Part shown: piece by piece, positions 26,207-38,617 of the stretch
Numbering within the stretch: position 1 is the first letter of the stretch
How the letters are laid out: every line of letters starts with the position of its first letter
DNA from: Octopus vulgaris
Taxonomy: Eukaryota
DNA: 64,000 nucleotides
NCBI GenBank assembly: GCA_951406725.2
Contig: OX597829.1
Location: forward strand, 51,026,001-51,090,000
Direction of reading: 5' to 3'
Notes under the pieces: generated by a model
What the model was told of the DNA's origin: nothing
What the model saw: only the letters and a program-made list of their open reading frames with translations
Databases searched by the model: none
Translations under genes and position numbers: made by a program

Positions 26207-26351
26207 CCAGACAGGGTTTTGGAGGATCCTAGATCCTTGAGATCATCTCCTGTTCTCATTTAGGGTTCGAACTGCCACCAAGTTATTGTCTTATCTTCTC
26301 TTCAGGGGATGTTATCAAGAATTTATCTTGTTTGACATGTGAATATACCCG

Positions 26352-26421
<70 letters not shown>

Positions 26422-26422
<1 letters not shown>

Positions 26423-26704
26423 CACGTGATCACGTGACCGACCAGACCATCAGATGTTGTTACACATCGCTGGTCACAATGCGTTCGCATTGTTTTAGCC
26501 TTCGAATGACGCCACCCCGCTGGCTAAGCGAGCAGGCCAACAGAAGAAAGAGTGGTGAAAGAGTACAGCAGGGATCACCCCCCCCCCCTGCCGGAGCTTT
26601 TAGGTGTTCTCGCTCAATAAACACTCACAACGCCCGGTCTGGGAATTGAAACTACGATCCTGCGACCGCGAGTCCGCTGCCCTAACCACTAGGCCATTGC
26701 GCCT

Positions 26705-26707
<3 letters not shown>
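26422..26707 (-). mobile_element. SINE family C (tRNA-like head), tail type i
   Basis: Minus strand gtggaggcgcaatggcctagtggttagggcagcggactcgcggtc...gtttcaattccc, containing box A and box B. Confidence 0.85.
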
Positions 26708-26792
<85 letters not shown>

Positions 26793-26794
<2 letters not shown>

Positions 26795-27148
26795 TTTTAT
26801 TCTTTTACTTGCTTCAGTCATTTCATTGCAGCCATGCTGGAGCACCGCCTTTAGTCAAGCAAATCGACCCCCAGGACTTATTCTTAGTAAGCTTAGTACT
26901 TGTTCTACCGGTCTCTTTTGTCGGACCGCTAAGTTACGGGGACGTAAACACACCAACATCGGTTGTCAAGCGATGTTGGGGGAGACACACACACACACAC
27001 ATAATGTACGACGGGTTTCTTTCAGTTTCCGTCTACCAAATCCACTCTCAAGGCTTTGGTCAGCCCGAGGCTATAATAGTAGAAGACACTTGCCCAAGAT
27101 ACCACGCAGTGGGACTGAACCCGGAACCATGTGGCTCGTAAGCAAGCT
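26793..27148 (-). mobile_element. SINE A
   Basis: Family consensus. Confidence 0.85.
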
Positions 27149-27381
27149 AGGAGGAGTAGAAAGACAGTTGATAAAGGGTCATTCTGTGTTGTCTTGTTTT
27201 ACATTGTTTACACAGTTGGTAATATCCTGTACCCATATATGCACAAACACACATACATACACACACAAACATACATGTGTATATACGTATATGTGTATAC
27301 GTATTTGTGTGTCTGTATATGTATGCGCTCCGCTTACACACTTCTACCTATGCATGTGTGTCTACACACACTCACACAAAC

Positions 27382-27415
<34 letters not shown>

Positions 27416-28151
27416 GGAGACGGAGCAGGTAGTGTTTACTGATAGTAAAGCTGAGACAAGCTAAATAAAAAGCGAAGTGTATAGTTACAAAGAGCTTGTG
27501 TCTTCTTATGACTATTGTTGCTTGACTTCACTCGAAACATTGACAATCGGAGGCGACTGGCTTTGTTTGTTTGTTTTTTTTTTCCCCTCTTTTCTTTTTC
27601 TATTCTCTTGTTGATCATCTCCCGCCGAAAGGATAAACTAGAAGTTTCACACCATATCGGTGTGGATCTTATGTTACAATATTCAATTTCTCGACGGTTA
27701 AGTATATATTTGTTGCTGTTTAGTCCTGATCCAACAAGACGTATGCTTAAAAGGCATTCCATCCACGACTGCCCCACTGAATTTTCAGATACAGTATTAT
27801 ATCTAGGACTAGGGACTAAATTATATCTAAGACAGGGGTTCCCAACTACCGGGCCGTGAAGTCATTTGGTACAGGGCCGCACAGAATGAATAAATTTTTA
27901 ATAATTCTTTTTCTTCCTCCCCCACTCTTTTTTCTCTTTGGAATAATGGATCTCGAATCTCAACACATAAAGCTATAAATAATAGAAAGTAAATATAGGA
28001 TAAATAATGGGCATCCATTGAATTTTTCTATTCAAACGGGTTTTTCTACCTAATAGAACTTTATGTGTGCTTCAAGATCCACTATTCTATAAAAAGAATT
28101 ATTTCACGTTCTCTCGAAAGTCTACTAAATATCTATGATGTCATCAATATA

Positions 28152-28533
28152 TACTCTTTTACTTGTTTCAGTCATTTGACTGCGGCCATGCTGGAGCACC
28201 GCCTTTAATCGAGCAAATCGACCCCGGGACTTATTCTTTGTAAGCCCAGTACTTATTCTATCGGTCTCTTTTTGCCGAACCGCTATGTGACGGGGACGTA
28301 AACACACCAGCATCGGTTGTCAAGCGATGTTGGGGGGACAAACACACACACAAACATATACACACACATACATATATAAATATATACATATATACCACAG
28401 GCTTCTTTCAGTTTCCGTCTACCAAATCCACTCACAAGGTATTGGTCGGCCCGAGTCTATAGCAGAAGACACTCGCCCAAGATGCCACGCAGTGGGACTG
28501 AACCCGGAACCATATGGTTGGTTAGCAAGCTAC
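28152..28533 (-). mobile_element. SINE A
   Basis: Family consensus. Confidence 0.9.
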
Positions 28534-28585
28534 TAAATATATATATTATATATTTTATACTTTATTGACTATCGTAGTCTACAAG

Positions 28586-28878
28586 CAGTGCTACTCAAAG
28601 TGGTGGTCCGCGGACCGGTGCCGCTCCGCGAGCCATCAGCTACCGGTACGCGGCGAGTTTCCAAAAAAGAAAGAAACATTATAAAATGCTTATGTAATAT
28701 TGTATTATTTGTTTACAAAATAAATACAAGATAAAAGAAATTGTCAACTTTTATTATATTCATTATATATATTGTTTCCGGTGTAAATTAATATTACTAA
28801 GAAATATTACCGGTCCCTGGCACATTGGGGGAAGAAAAAACTGCCGATACGCCACATCAGATAGTTTGAGAAACACTG
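28586..28878. mobile_element. hAT-type MITE
   Basis: TIRs cagtgctactcaaa / tttgagaaacactg and GC-rich subterminal ggtccgcg repeats; TSD is degenerate. Confidence 0.7.
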
Positions 28879-29354
28879 ATCTATCTGAAGATTTTTCATT
28901 ATATACTTATTATGTGTCATAATTGAATCATATACTATACACCAATCCCTGGTCCGTGGTGGAATTTTCTTGCATAAAACCAGTGCACATTGCGGAAAAA
29001 GTTGGAGACATCTAAGGCGTCTTTTATATTCGGTGAGAGATTTGCTGCTATTTCTAGGAGGTCTCTATCTCGAATATATATCACTAATATACATGTCTTT
29101 TCAAGCCAACGGTGAAACCTATATACGGTCACTCGATATGCTAGAACTAGTAATCATATCTTCAAGACTCTCACACTATCATCATCTAAAAATCGACAGA
29201 CACGATTTAAAGTCATGGATGAATTTGTCCGAATAAAATACCCGGTGGTCATAGCTGGAACGTATTTGAACATGAAGTGTTAGATCTGGCTTAGAGCAAA
29301 AAAAAAAAATCTGTTAAAATATTAGTTTCCTGTCGGTCAAAAGGTAAAGATCCC

Positions 29355-29900
29355 TCTACTTGTACTTATTTTATCGACCCTGAAAGGAGGAAAGGCTAAG
29401 TCGACCTCGCCAAAATTTGAACTGAAAACATAAAGACAGATGAAATGCCATTAAACAACTTTTTCTCCTTTTTATCCGGCGCAATAGCGATTCTACTAAC
29501 TCGCCGCCGCGAAAGCTAATAAAATATTTATTTCTTTATTGCCCACATGGGGCTAAACAAGGACAGACAAAAGGATTAAGTCGATTACATCGACACTAGT
29601 GCGTAACTGGTACTTTTTTAATCGACCCCGAAAGGATGAAAGGCAAAGTCGACCTCGACCGAATTTGAACTCAGAACGTAACGGCAGACGAAATACCTAT
29701 TTCTTTACTACCCACAAGGGGCTAAACACAGAGTGGACGTCGATTACATCGACTCCTCGATTACATCGACTCCAGTGTGTAACTGGTACTTAGTTTATCG
29801 ACCCCAAAAGGATGAAAGGCAAAGTCAACCTCGGCGGAATTTGAACTCAGAGCGTAACGGCAGACAAATACGGCAAACGTCTCTGCCAGTACGCCGCCCT
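29355..29900 (-). mobile_element. Cluster of SINE B copies including a dimer
   Basis: Dimer junction gcagacgaaatacctatttcttt at ~29690; the flank aaagctaat(a/c)aaatatt is repeated at ~29512 and ~29901. Confidence 0.85.
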
Positions 29901-29938
29901 AAAGCTAATCAAATATTAGCGTTGTTATAAGCTGTCGT

Positions 29939-30410
29939 CTTCTTTTTTTAATCAGGACTCACGCCATTAGCCACATAGAATAATCTCTAATTCGAGCCTG
30001 CTCTAAGCTACAAAGAATGTAATCCCAAAAGATCCACCCACCACACGCGATAGACTGGCAGCAGCACGGGCGCGAAAGCTACGTTGTTATCCTCATTCGG
30101 TAAATGGTGGCTTTTAAGGGGTGGAGAGCTGAACCATCCTAGGGTACAGAGGATTCGCAATCTAGACTAGGGTCTGAAAGTTTACCACACAATAGTGGGT
30201 TACACCATGGTTCCTCCACTTTGTGGCAGAAGTAGGAAGAAAGTGGTGAAAGAGTACAGCGGGGTTCACCCACCCCCCTGCCGGAACCACATGGAGCTTA
30301 GGTGTTTTTGCTCAATAAACACTCACATTGCCCGGTCTGGGAATCGAAACCGCGTTCTTACGACCGCGAGTCCGCTGCCCTAACCACCGGGCCACTGATT
30401 GCGCCTCCAC
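29939..30410 (-). mobile_element. SINE C head with tail type iii, full length
   Basis: 11-bp TSD taagctgtcgt at 29928-29938 and 30411-30421; A-rich 3' end. Confidence 0.85.
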
Positions 30411-31131
30411 TAAGCTGTCGTTAGCACGCCGGACAAAATGTTTTGGTTTTTCTTCCGTCTTTATGTTCTGAGTTCGAATTTCACCGAGGTCGAATTTTTA
30501 TTTTTATCTGCTCGGGGTCGGTAAAATAAGTACCAATCGAACATTGGGAGTCAATGTAATTGATTATTTCGCAATCCCCAAAGAAGGAATGATTCAATGC
30601 TGGTCCTTAGTGAGGTGGGGGGTATTTCTTATGTCATGACGTATTGTGTTGATTTACCCTCTTTATCTTCGCTTTCGTTCGTTTGTTTTCAATGAGTGGG
30701 GAAAGTCTTGAATCCACTTCTCTATCTAAAACACTAAGTAAATATACTTTTAACTTATTCACGACTTTCGTGTGGTTTCCTTTAAGACTTCAGCAAAGTG
30801 TAGTATGTTTCTATTATTTATTTTGTCTGTCAGTTCCTCAATTAATTTTAGTAACTGTATTGCGGTTGACCTTCAGATAAAAAGGAAAGAAAAAATAGTT
30901 TTTGGTAATGTAAAAATTCATTCAGGATTTTATGTAAAATCAATGTTAGACTCGTTAGTCTGTCTGTATTCGCTCCAGTTTCTTATCTTATATATAGCAC
31001 TAACGCTCTCCCCCCTCTCTCTCTCTCTCTCTTTCCTCACATGTCTAGCATTTGTCTTCTCTCTCGTGATTGTTGACACAGAATCGTTAAGGGTTTTGTT
31101 GCCGTGTATTTAAGAAATCTGGGGTTTAGAT

Positions 31132-31379
31132 TAGCGGTTGCCAACAATTTTTGACCACGGACCCCGTTGATTCCTAATCTATTCCACTCGATCCCTTTAT
31201 AGCCTTTGCTTAAAAGCATCATCTAATTACCTTTTTATAGTTAAATATCATTAGCAATAGTATTTAGAAAAAAAGAAAAAAAACTATTAAAAAGTATCAG
31301 CAATTTATTGCAAATAATTTTTAACAAAATTATATTTGGACCCCCCAAGAGCCAAATGCACCCCGGTTGAAAACCACTG
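31132..31379. mobile_element. hAT-type MITE
   Basis: TIRs tagcggttgccaac / gttgaaaaccactg, ggacccc subterminal repeats, flanks gtttagat / atgtagat. A related fragment lies at ~21833-22000. Confidence 0.7.
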
Positions 31380-31583
31380 ATGTAGATCATCAGTTTCTGC
31401 TAATTTGTTTGCCCTTAGGCAGTTTTCTAATTTTTGTTTCTCAAATACTATTTCCGTTCGGTTTCGTCCTCATTAACTCAAGCAATTGTTTGCACCTTCC
31501 TTGCTCCATGCTTTTCACTGGAAGTGTGTACGTTGCCGTATTTGTTTGTCATCCTCTACTTGAATATAAATAATTCTGACCCA

Positions 31584-31808
31584 CCCTTTAGTGTTCAGAT
31601 TACTCTGTTAAATATAATACTTTTTCACTCAAATTGTTTTGAATTAATCAATCATGCATTATCTTATAGATTTGAGGTTTCAATGATGTGATTGTTTATA
31701 TTTAGAATGTCACTGTAGGTTAGGTGTGAGAGGCTAGATGTCGCCAGTTTGAATATAAAACATGTAGAATATATTGGGCCAGATATGGCCGGTTTAAACA
31801 CTAAAGGG
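31584..31808. mobile_element. piggyBac-like MITE
   Basis: TIRs ccctttagtgtt / aacactaaaggg with TTAA at the right end; same family as 58849-59291. Confidence 0.8.
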
Positions 31809-32019
31809 TTAATTCTTGATTTAGCTTTTATAAATTACAATGATTCTTTTGGGTTTTTCCTTTGCTTTCTGTAACCCTTTTCCTCTCTCCTCTGTATCCC
31901 ATGCGATACGCAGGAGACATTTCCCTAGAATCCATGCATCATATATGATACTCATATTCCCAATTTTTTTCCTACTGCTAGAGTAATAATAGGGTCTTAT
32001 GAAAGGAAAGCTTTATAGT

Positions 32020-32249
32020 ATTTTTACTACCCACAAGGGGCTAAACACAGAGAGGACAAACAAGGACAGACAAAGGGATTAAGTCGATTATTTCGACCCC
32101 AGCGCGTAACTGGTGCTTATTTAATCGACCCCGAAAGGATGAAAGGCAAAGTCGACCTCGGCGAAATTTGAACTCAGAACGTAGCGGCAGACGAAATACT
32201 GCTAAGCATTTTGCCCGGCGTGCTACCAATTCTGCCAGCTCACCGCCTT
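32020..32249 (-). mobile_element. SINE B, full length
   Basis: TSD gaaaggaaagctttat at ~32001 and ~32252. Confidence 0.9.
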
Positions 32250-32374
32250 ACGAAAGGAAAGCTTTATGTTACTTAGAACGTATGAAATGCGGGCGAACTA
32301 AAGGGATGAAAACAAGAATAGACATTTAAGACAAACTTTGGCAGATACTTTGTCCAGGTGAAAGGTTATCTTCT

Positions 32375-32847
32375 TTTCTCTTTTACCTGACTCAGTCATT
32401 AGATTGCGACCATGCTGGGGCATCGCTTTGAAGGGTTTTAGTCGAACAAATCGACCCCGGTAGTTTTTTTTGTAAGCTTCGTGCTTATCCTGTCAGTCCT
32501 TTTTTGCCAAGCGGCTTTGTTACGGGAACTCAAACAGACCAACACCAGTTATCAAGTAGTGGGGAGAACAAACAAACAAACACACACACATATAGTCTGG
32601 TGAATCGGCTGTAGGGTAAGCGCTTTATAGGTGCGAAACCAACAGTCACTCTCTGACCGGCCATAACAATTAACAATTTATATAATTGACGGGTTTCCAT
32701 ACAGTTTCCTTTACCAAATCCATTCACAGGGTATTGGTCGGTCCGAGGCTATTGTAGAAAACACTTGCCCCAGGTGCCATGCAATGGGATTGAACCCGAA
32801 AACACGTGGCTGGAAAGCAAACTTATTAGCACGCAACCACACCTGCG
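32375..32847 (-). mobile_element. SINE A (older) with an insert in its microsatellite
   Basis: The two halves are separated by 32594-32685. Confidence 0.8.
32594..32650 (+). ncRNA. Hammerhead-like motif (decayed, long stem II)
   Basis: agt CTGGTGA atcgg ctgtaggg-taagcg-ctttatag gtgc GAAAC caaca GTC act; helix I agt/act. Confidence 0.5.
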
Positions 32848-33705
32848 TATCATATTGTATTATCTTTCTTTGTTGTTTTGTGGGAGCGACGAAAGCACTT
32901 CGTCTAACAAACAAACAAACAATAGATTGGTTAGATATTTAACCAATTGGCTAACAAAAATAAAAAAAGAGGTGATATTGAACCAGTGCTGGTGTTGTTA
33001 TTATTATTGGTATAATGACCCTCCCTAGGCGTAAGATTTGTTTCAACACACGAATTCACATCAAGAACCTTGTGAACGAAATGCAAAAACGTAGTTCTAC
33101 GATCTGCTTGGATTCTTAATCTCTCCCATTACCAAGTTTCTTATACGTCACACTGCTGACTTCTGCGACTTACCCCGATCAGCCATAGACGCTGCAATCT
33201 CACATTGCAACGTTTACAGGAATATTTGAGGTGGGATGGGGAAATTAAAAAAAACAAAAAAAAAATCAGTGCGGTATCCCAAATAACCCATCTTTCCTCT
33301 ACCCAAGGACAAATGATACTTTAAATATTGATTGGATTGATTGAAAAGTGAATCAAAAATATCTTTTACCTTTGATTACATCGATTTCTCTTGCACCAGG
33401 GTTAACGCAAGCCCCCTCTACTTCTTTCGTTGGAACTTGTCCAAACTGAAGTTCTCTATTTCTTAAAATCTCTCTAGCCAATGAAGAAAATTTTATTCTT
33501 TTTCTTGTTTCAATAATTTGACTGCGGCCATACTAGAACACCGCCTTTATATATATGGCTGCTTTTTCTAGCATGTAAAAATTACCTGTTAAAGGGTTAT
33601 TTTCTTTTGTGTTTAAATGTACACTATTTTAAAATACGAATATGTTGTCTATTGACTATTTATACATGCTAGGCCACTGGTAGTGATATTTATAAGGAAT
33701 ATTCG

Positions 33706-33757
<52 letters not shown>

Positions 33758-33758
<1 letters not shown>

Positions 33759-33898
33759 TGTTGTGTCTGGGGAGAGTCATTTTCTTTTTGTGCCTTATAA
33801 TATAGGAAAATAAAAATAAGAAATAAGTGGAAATTTTACCGGTGAGTGTGTTACATTATAAGGTACAAAAAGAAAACGACTCTCCCCAGACACAACAG
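33758..33898. repeat. 44-bp near-perfect inverted repeat abutting (TA)n
   Basis: 33758-33801 versus 33855-33898. Confidence 0.9.
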
Positions 33899-33960
33899 AA
33901 TATGCTTCAACACACGAACTCATATTAAGAATCTTGCAAACCAAATCCAAAAACGAAATA

Positions 33961-34009
<49 letters not shown>

Positions 34010-34566
34010 ATGTATGTATGTATGTATGTATGTATGTATGTATGTATGTATGTATGTATGTATGCGTGTGTGTATATATGTATGTGTGTATGTATGTAAT
34101 CAGCCGAAATTGCGAGGATGATCCGGTTCTTGACTGAAGATTAGGGTTTCGAATGACCCGTCCGTTTTTTGTGTCGTCTATTTGAATGTTTTGCGTTCTT
34201 GTCCCATTTTGTATTTTTATGTGCCCCAGCATGGCCACGGCCTTCGGGCTAAAACATTTTAAAGGATTTTAAGGATATGTATGATGTGTGTGTGTGTATG
34301 TGTGTATTTATTTATTTATTTGTTTATTTCTGTCGGTGATTTTTCGCAAATTTTGCTGATGTATTTTCAGATGAAACTGAATCCAAAGAAACTAGTGGTA
34401 GGCTGCATTGGTATATTTTCTCTTCGTAGTTTGGCAATCACCTGCTAGAATTTCTTCATTTTTATTAAGAATATTTATTAGTAACGTTAAGAGGTTGCAA
34501 TTATTTATTTGATCTGCTCAAAAATCTGCCAATTTCTGAAATTTTTGGCATACGTATAGAACAATT

Positions 34567-34825
34567 GAAAAGTCGCGTGACTTTAATGGTTAAGAGTATT
34601 CGGCTCGTGATCGTAAGTTTGTGAGTTCGATTCCCAGCGACGCGTTGTGTCCTTGAGCAAGACATTTTTATTATTTGATTTTGCTCCAGTCAATTGAATA
34701 ATGCCTGCACTTCAAAGGGCCTGTCTTGTCGCTACTCCGTGTCACAATGAATCTTCCCGAGAACTACGCTAAGGGTACACAGTGTCTGTGGAGTGCTCAG
34801 CCACTTGCATATTAATTTCACAACT
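34567..34825 (+). mobile_element. tRNA-SINE: D-like head with tail type ii
   Basis: gagttcgattccc box B and gtgtccttgagcaagac core; the tail aagggtacac..gtctgtggagtgctcagccacttgca is shared with 44428-44798. Confidence 0.75.
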
Positions 34826-34842
34826 ATACATACACACACACA

Positions 34843-34881
<39 letters not shown>

Positions 34882-35246
34882 ATTCACTAGCTCTCTTGTC
34901 GGAAATTCATACTGACCATCAACCAATCAATGAAGCATGCATGTTTAGTGTTTATAAATTAATTTCACGCACGCTTGCACACACGCATTGTATGTGCAAG
35001 CATGGGTGCTTATAAAGGAATGTGAAAATGATGTTTGGAGGCTGGGCTCGCCACCACCACCACCTCCACGCACACATCTCGAAAGTAAATAGACGTCCTT
35101 CGTTACATCGTCTTATTTGAACAGACACTACTCCTTACAACGGTTAAATCATTAAGAAAAAGAAAAAAACAAGAGCAAAAGGCATGTCTACTAAATACGA
35201 GATTAAGAAGTTAAATGCATCAAATAGCGTGTTTAAATTGTTTCTA

Positions 35247-35432
35247 CGTGGGAGTGCTGAAAAGTTCCTCGCTTCAGGAATGTTGCAAAAGACCTGATTG
35301 GAGACCCATCCTTCCGAGTTCTTTTACAGGGCTTAGTAAAAACTGAAGGACCACTGCAATAGGTGTGTGAATCTGAGTTGGGGAATATGTTGAATAAAAT
35401 CATAATTAACGGATCGTCTTGTATTTACTCAG
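35247..35432 (+). mobile_element. mariner-derived MITE (partial)
   Basis: TA + cgtgggagtgctgaaaagttc TIR; the internal part encodes the mariner transposase end FFYRA**KLKDHCNRCVNL/GEYVE*. Confidence 0.75.
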
Positions 35433-35479
35433 AAACACAAACGAACCGTTTTAAACTACGATGCCACCATCGTGAGTGC

Positions 35480-35561
<82 letters not shown>

Positions 35562-35642
35562 GGAGTAAACACATAAATGTGAAACAAGGTGGAAAAAGAG
35601 TACCCAAATACCAGTGGTAGAGTAATATGCTTTATTTGCTAG

Positions 35643-35693
35643 CAAAAACTGTGCGACGAACGGTTAACGTGAAACTCAGAGTAACAGGTTTTG
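35643..35693 (+). ncRNA. Type I hammerhead motif, family 2, in TA-flanked element 35560-35721
   Basis: caaaaactgt GCGACGA ACG-gttaa-CGT GAAAC tcaga GTA acaggttttg; helix I 9/10 bp; the first two core bases are mutated. Confidence 0.65.
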
Positions 35694-35720
35694 TTGAATT
35701 TTCTACTGCTTTTAAATAAA

Positions 35721-35767
<47 letters not shown>

Positions 35768-36058
35768 TGCCCCTCCTTATCGAGTATGGCCATTACGATA
35801 TATATAAAAGCTTAACTGTTACTGGTGCTGTGATCGAATGTGACTTTTTAGCCCAGCTAAAGATCTACAATGTCTTGTACAGAATTGGCAGCTAAAACCT
35901 TTACCAACAATAGCCGGCTGTAGTTGTAACCGGGCTTCGTGTACCTTTGCATGTCGTTTAAGTCCTCCTGCCGAATTACACTCTCTTCCACATGCCTACA
36001 TACATACAAGGTTGACCTATACATATATATATACATACATACATGCATACAAGGTTGG

Positions 36059-36107
<49 letters not shown>

Positions 36108-36254
36108 GGTTGGTCAAAAGTCACCTGACAGTAAATCAAAACCATCTAAATATGAAACATTTTCCCATTCGAGTCTTAAAGTAGTTCTCGGAGATTCTGC
36201 GTGACACAGAATGTGAAAGGCTGGCCCTTTGAAATACAGGTACAACTCATTTTA

Positions 36255-36850
36255 AAGACTTTGCCTTTCAACCTTTCGGTGGGTCGATAAATTAAGTACC
36301 AATGAAATACTGGGATCGATGTAATCGATTATCTACTCCTCCCTCCGCCCCACCACCACCAAATTCCAGGCCTTGTGCCTTTAGTAGAAAGGAATATTAT
36401 TATTATTGTGGAGCAGCAGGTTAAGGCACCGGCAGATGGCCTGCGGTATTTGTTTCGGTACTTTACGTTCTGTATTCAAATCAAGCCGAGGTCGACTTTG
36501 CTTTTCATCATTTCGGGGTCGATAAATTAAGTACCAGTTGCGCACTGGGGTCGATGTAATCGACATACCTTCTCCCCCAAAATTTCAGGCCTTGTGCCTA
36601 TAGTAGAAAGGACTATTATCATTATTGTGGAGCAGCAGATTAAGGTGCCGGTGTATAAGACGGCTTGCGGTATTTGTTCCGGCACTTTACGGTCTCAGTT
36701 CAAATCACGCCGAAGTAAAACTTTGCCTTTCATCCCAAACTCTCACTTCGCCCCGGGGTGAGGTGGCGGTGAAGATGTCGATAAAACCAAGGTACCAGTC
36801 AAGTGCTGGAGCCGATATAAATTAACTTAACCCCCACCCTTGTACCTAAA
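36255..36850 (+). mobile_element. Tandem SINE B-core elements with a variant head
   Basis: Three cores of the gtcgataaattaagtacca type; the head tgtggagcagcag..ttaagg is repeated at 36407 and 36626. Confidence 0.7.
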
Positions 36851-37289
36851 TCAGAAGCAATTACTATTGTTGTTGTTGTTGAGACTTTGATGAGGACTTA
36901 ATAACACACCCATCAACTTCTTCAAGTGCCACTTGAGGAGAATGGTGAAGGTGACGAGGGGTGGCGCTGTCACCCTCGTAACAAAGTTTCAAGAAAGTTT
37001 TGGTAAGAGTGAGAAAGTTAGCGTGACGAAATGGAGGCCTGCGCCAAATATGTGACGGCAAAGAACTGCGAGAAGGCAGGTCACCTTCAATCTATCAAAG
37101 TAACTTCGAGGTTGTGCGGCGGCGGCGGTGGTGGTGGTGGTGTTAGGAAATGGATTATGTATTCCCGTCCCCTTACCCTTTCCATATTCCTTTGAAGGGA
37201 TCCTTTCTTGTTCTTTTCTTGTTTTTGTTTCTTTGTTGCTATTTTTTTCATTTGCATCGCTCTTGCAAAGGTGTACATCTCTCTCTCTT

Positions 37290-37709
37290 TTATCTCTTTT
37301 ACTTGTTTCAGTCATTTGACTGCGGCCATGCTGGAGCACCGCCTTTAGTCGAGCAAATCGACCCCGGGACTTATTCTTTGTAAGCCCAGTACTTATTCCA
37401 TCGGTCGGTCTCTTTTGCCGAACCGCTAAGTGACGGGGACGTAAACACACCAGCATCGGTTGTCAAGCAATGCCAGGGAGACAAACACAGACACACAAAC
37501 ATACACGCACGCACACACACATATATATATATATATATACATATATACGACGGGCTTCTTTCAGTTTCCGTCAACCAAATCCACTCACAAGGCTTTGGTC
37601 GGCCCGAGGCTATAGTAGAAGACACTTGCCCAAGATGCCATGCAGTGGGACTGAACCCGGAACCATGTGGTTGGTAAGCAAGCTACTTACCACACAGCCA
37701 CTCCTGCAC
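37290..37709 (-). mobile_element. SINE A, full length, young
   Basis: Near-consensus. Confidence 0.9.
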
Positions 37710-37844
37710 CTATTTCATTCATCATTCTGCTACATTAGTTTCTTGTTTTCCATTGTATTTCATCATTGTACTGTACCCCGATGTTTTGGGCCCCTGTATC
37801 CCAATAAAAGAATGAATTTATTATTGATTTCACTTCGTTGGGAT

Positions 37845-38032
37845 GGGGGTTAAGTCGATTACATTGACCACCAGCACTCAACTGGTACTTATTTTATCGA
37901 ACCCCGAAAGGATGAAAGGCAAAGTCGACCTCGGCGGAATTTGAACTCAATCCATCTTTGCAGACAAAATGCTGCCGGGCACTTTGCTTGGTGTACTAAC
38001 AATTCTGCAAGTTCACTGCCTTACGAGTGAAA

Positions 38033-38063
<31 letters not shown>

Positions 38064-38260
38064 GCTAAACTTTGGCTGGCGGACTCGTTAGCGCACCAGA
38101 CAAAACGCTTAGCGGCATTTCCGTCTATACTCTCTGAGATCAAATTCCGTCGAAGAAGACTTTGCCTTTCTTCGTTTCGAAATAAAACCCCAGTTGAGCA
38201 CTGGCTTCGATGTTGTCGATTAGTCTCCTCTTGCGAAATTTCAGACCTTTTGTACACAGC
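37845..38260. mobile_element. Two divergently oriented SINE B copies
   Basis: Minus-strand copy 37845-38022; plus-strand copy ~38070-38260. Confidence 0.7.
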
Positions 38261-38460
38261 AGAAATAATGACTTTTTACCTGTTGTTTTTTTTTTTTGCC
38301 CCCAAATAATAGAGATACATAATAGATATACATTCACAACGCCTATAATCATGTAGTATTTTATATGGATGTATGTATGTATCTGTGTGTGTGTGGATGG
38401 GTGAGTGTATATGTATGTAGGGAGGCAGTTAAGTATATATGTATGTTTAGATGTGTGTCA

Positions 38461-38496
<36 letters not shown>

Positions 38497-38582
38497 ATCC
38501 AAACATGAAAGCACAAAAAAACACAACAACGCGAGTACGTGGAACCAATATAGTATTATTGGACGCTCAGGAAAGAAGGAGG

Positions 38583-38617
38583 GTTTAACGTTTCGAGTGG
38601 AGCTCTTCGTCGGAAAC
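38583..38617 (-). ncRNA. Minimal type I hammerhead, family 1a, in element ~38492-38680
   Basis: Minus strand: gttt CCGACGA a gagc-tcc-actc GAAAC GTT aaac; the element 3' end joins (TA)n. Confidence 0.65.

Noticed and set aside
26630-26707. tRNA genes at SINE heads (also 7812, 30410, 44428)
   Set aside because: Box A and B are present, but the heads run directly into SINE bodies, lack a complete acceptor stem and in one case lie within a TSD.
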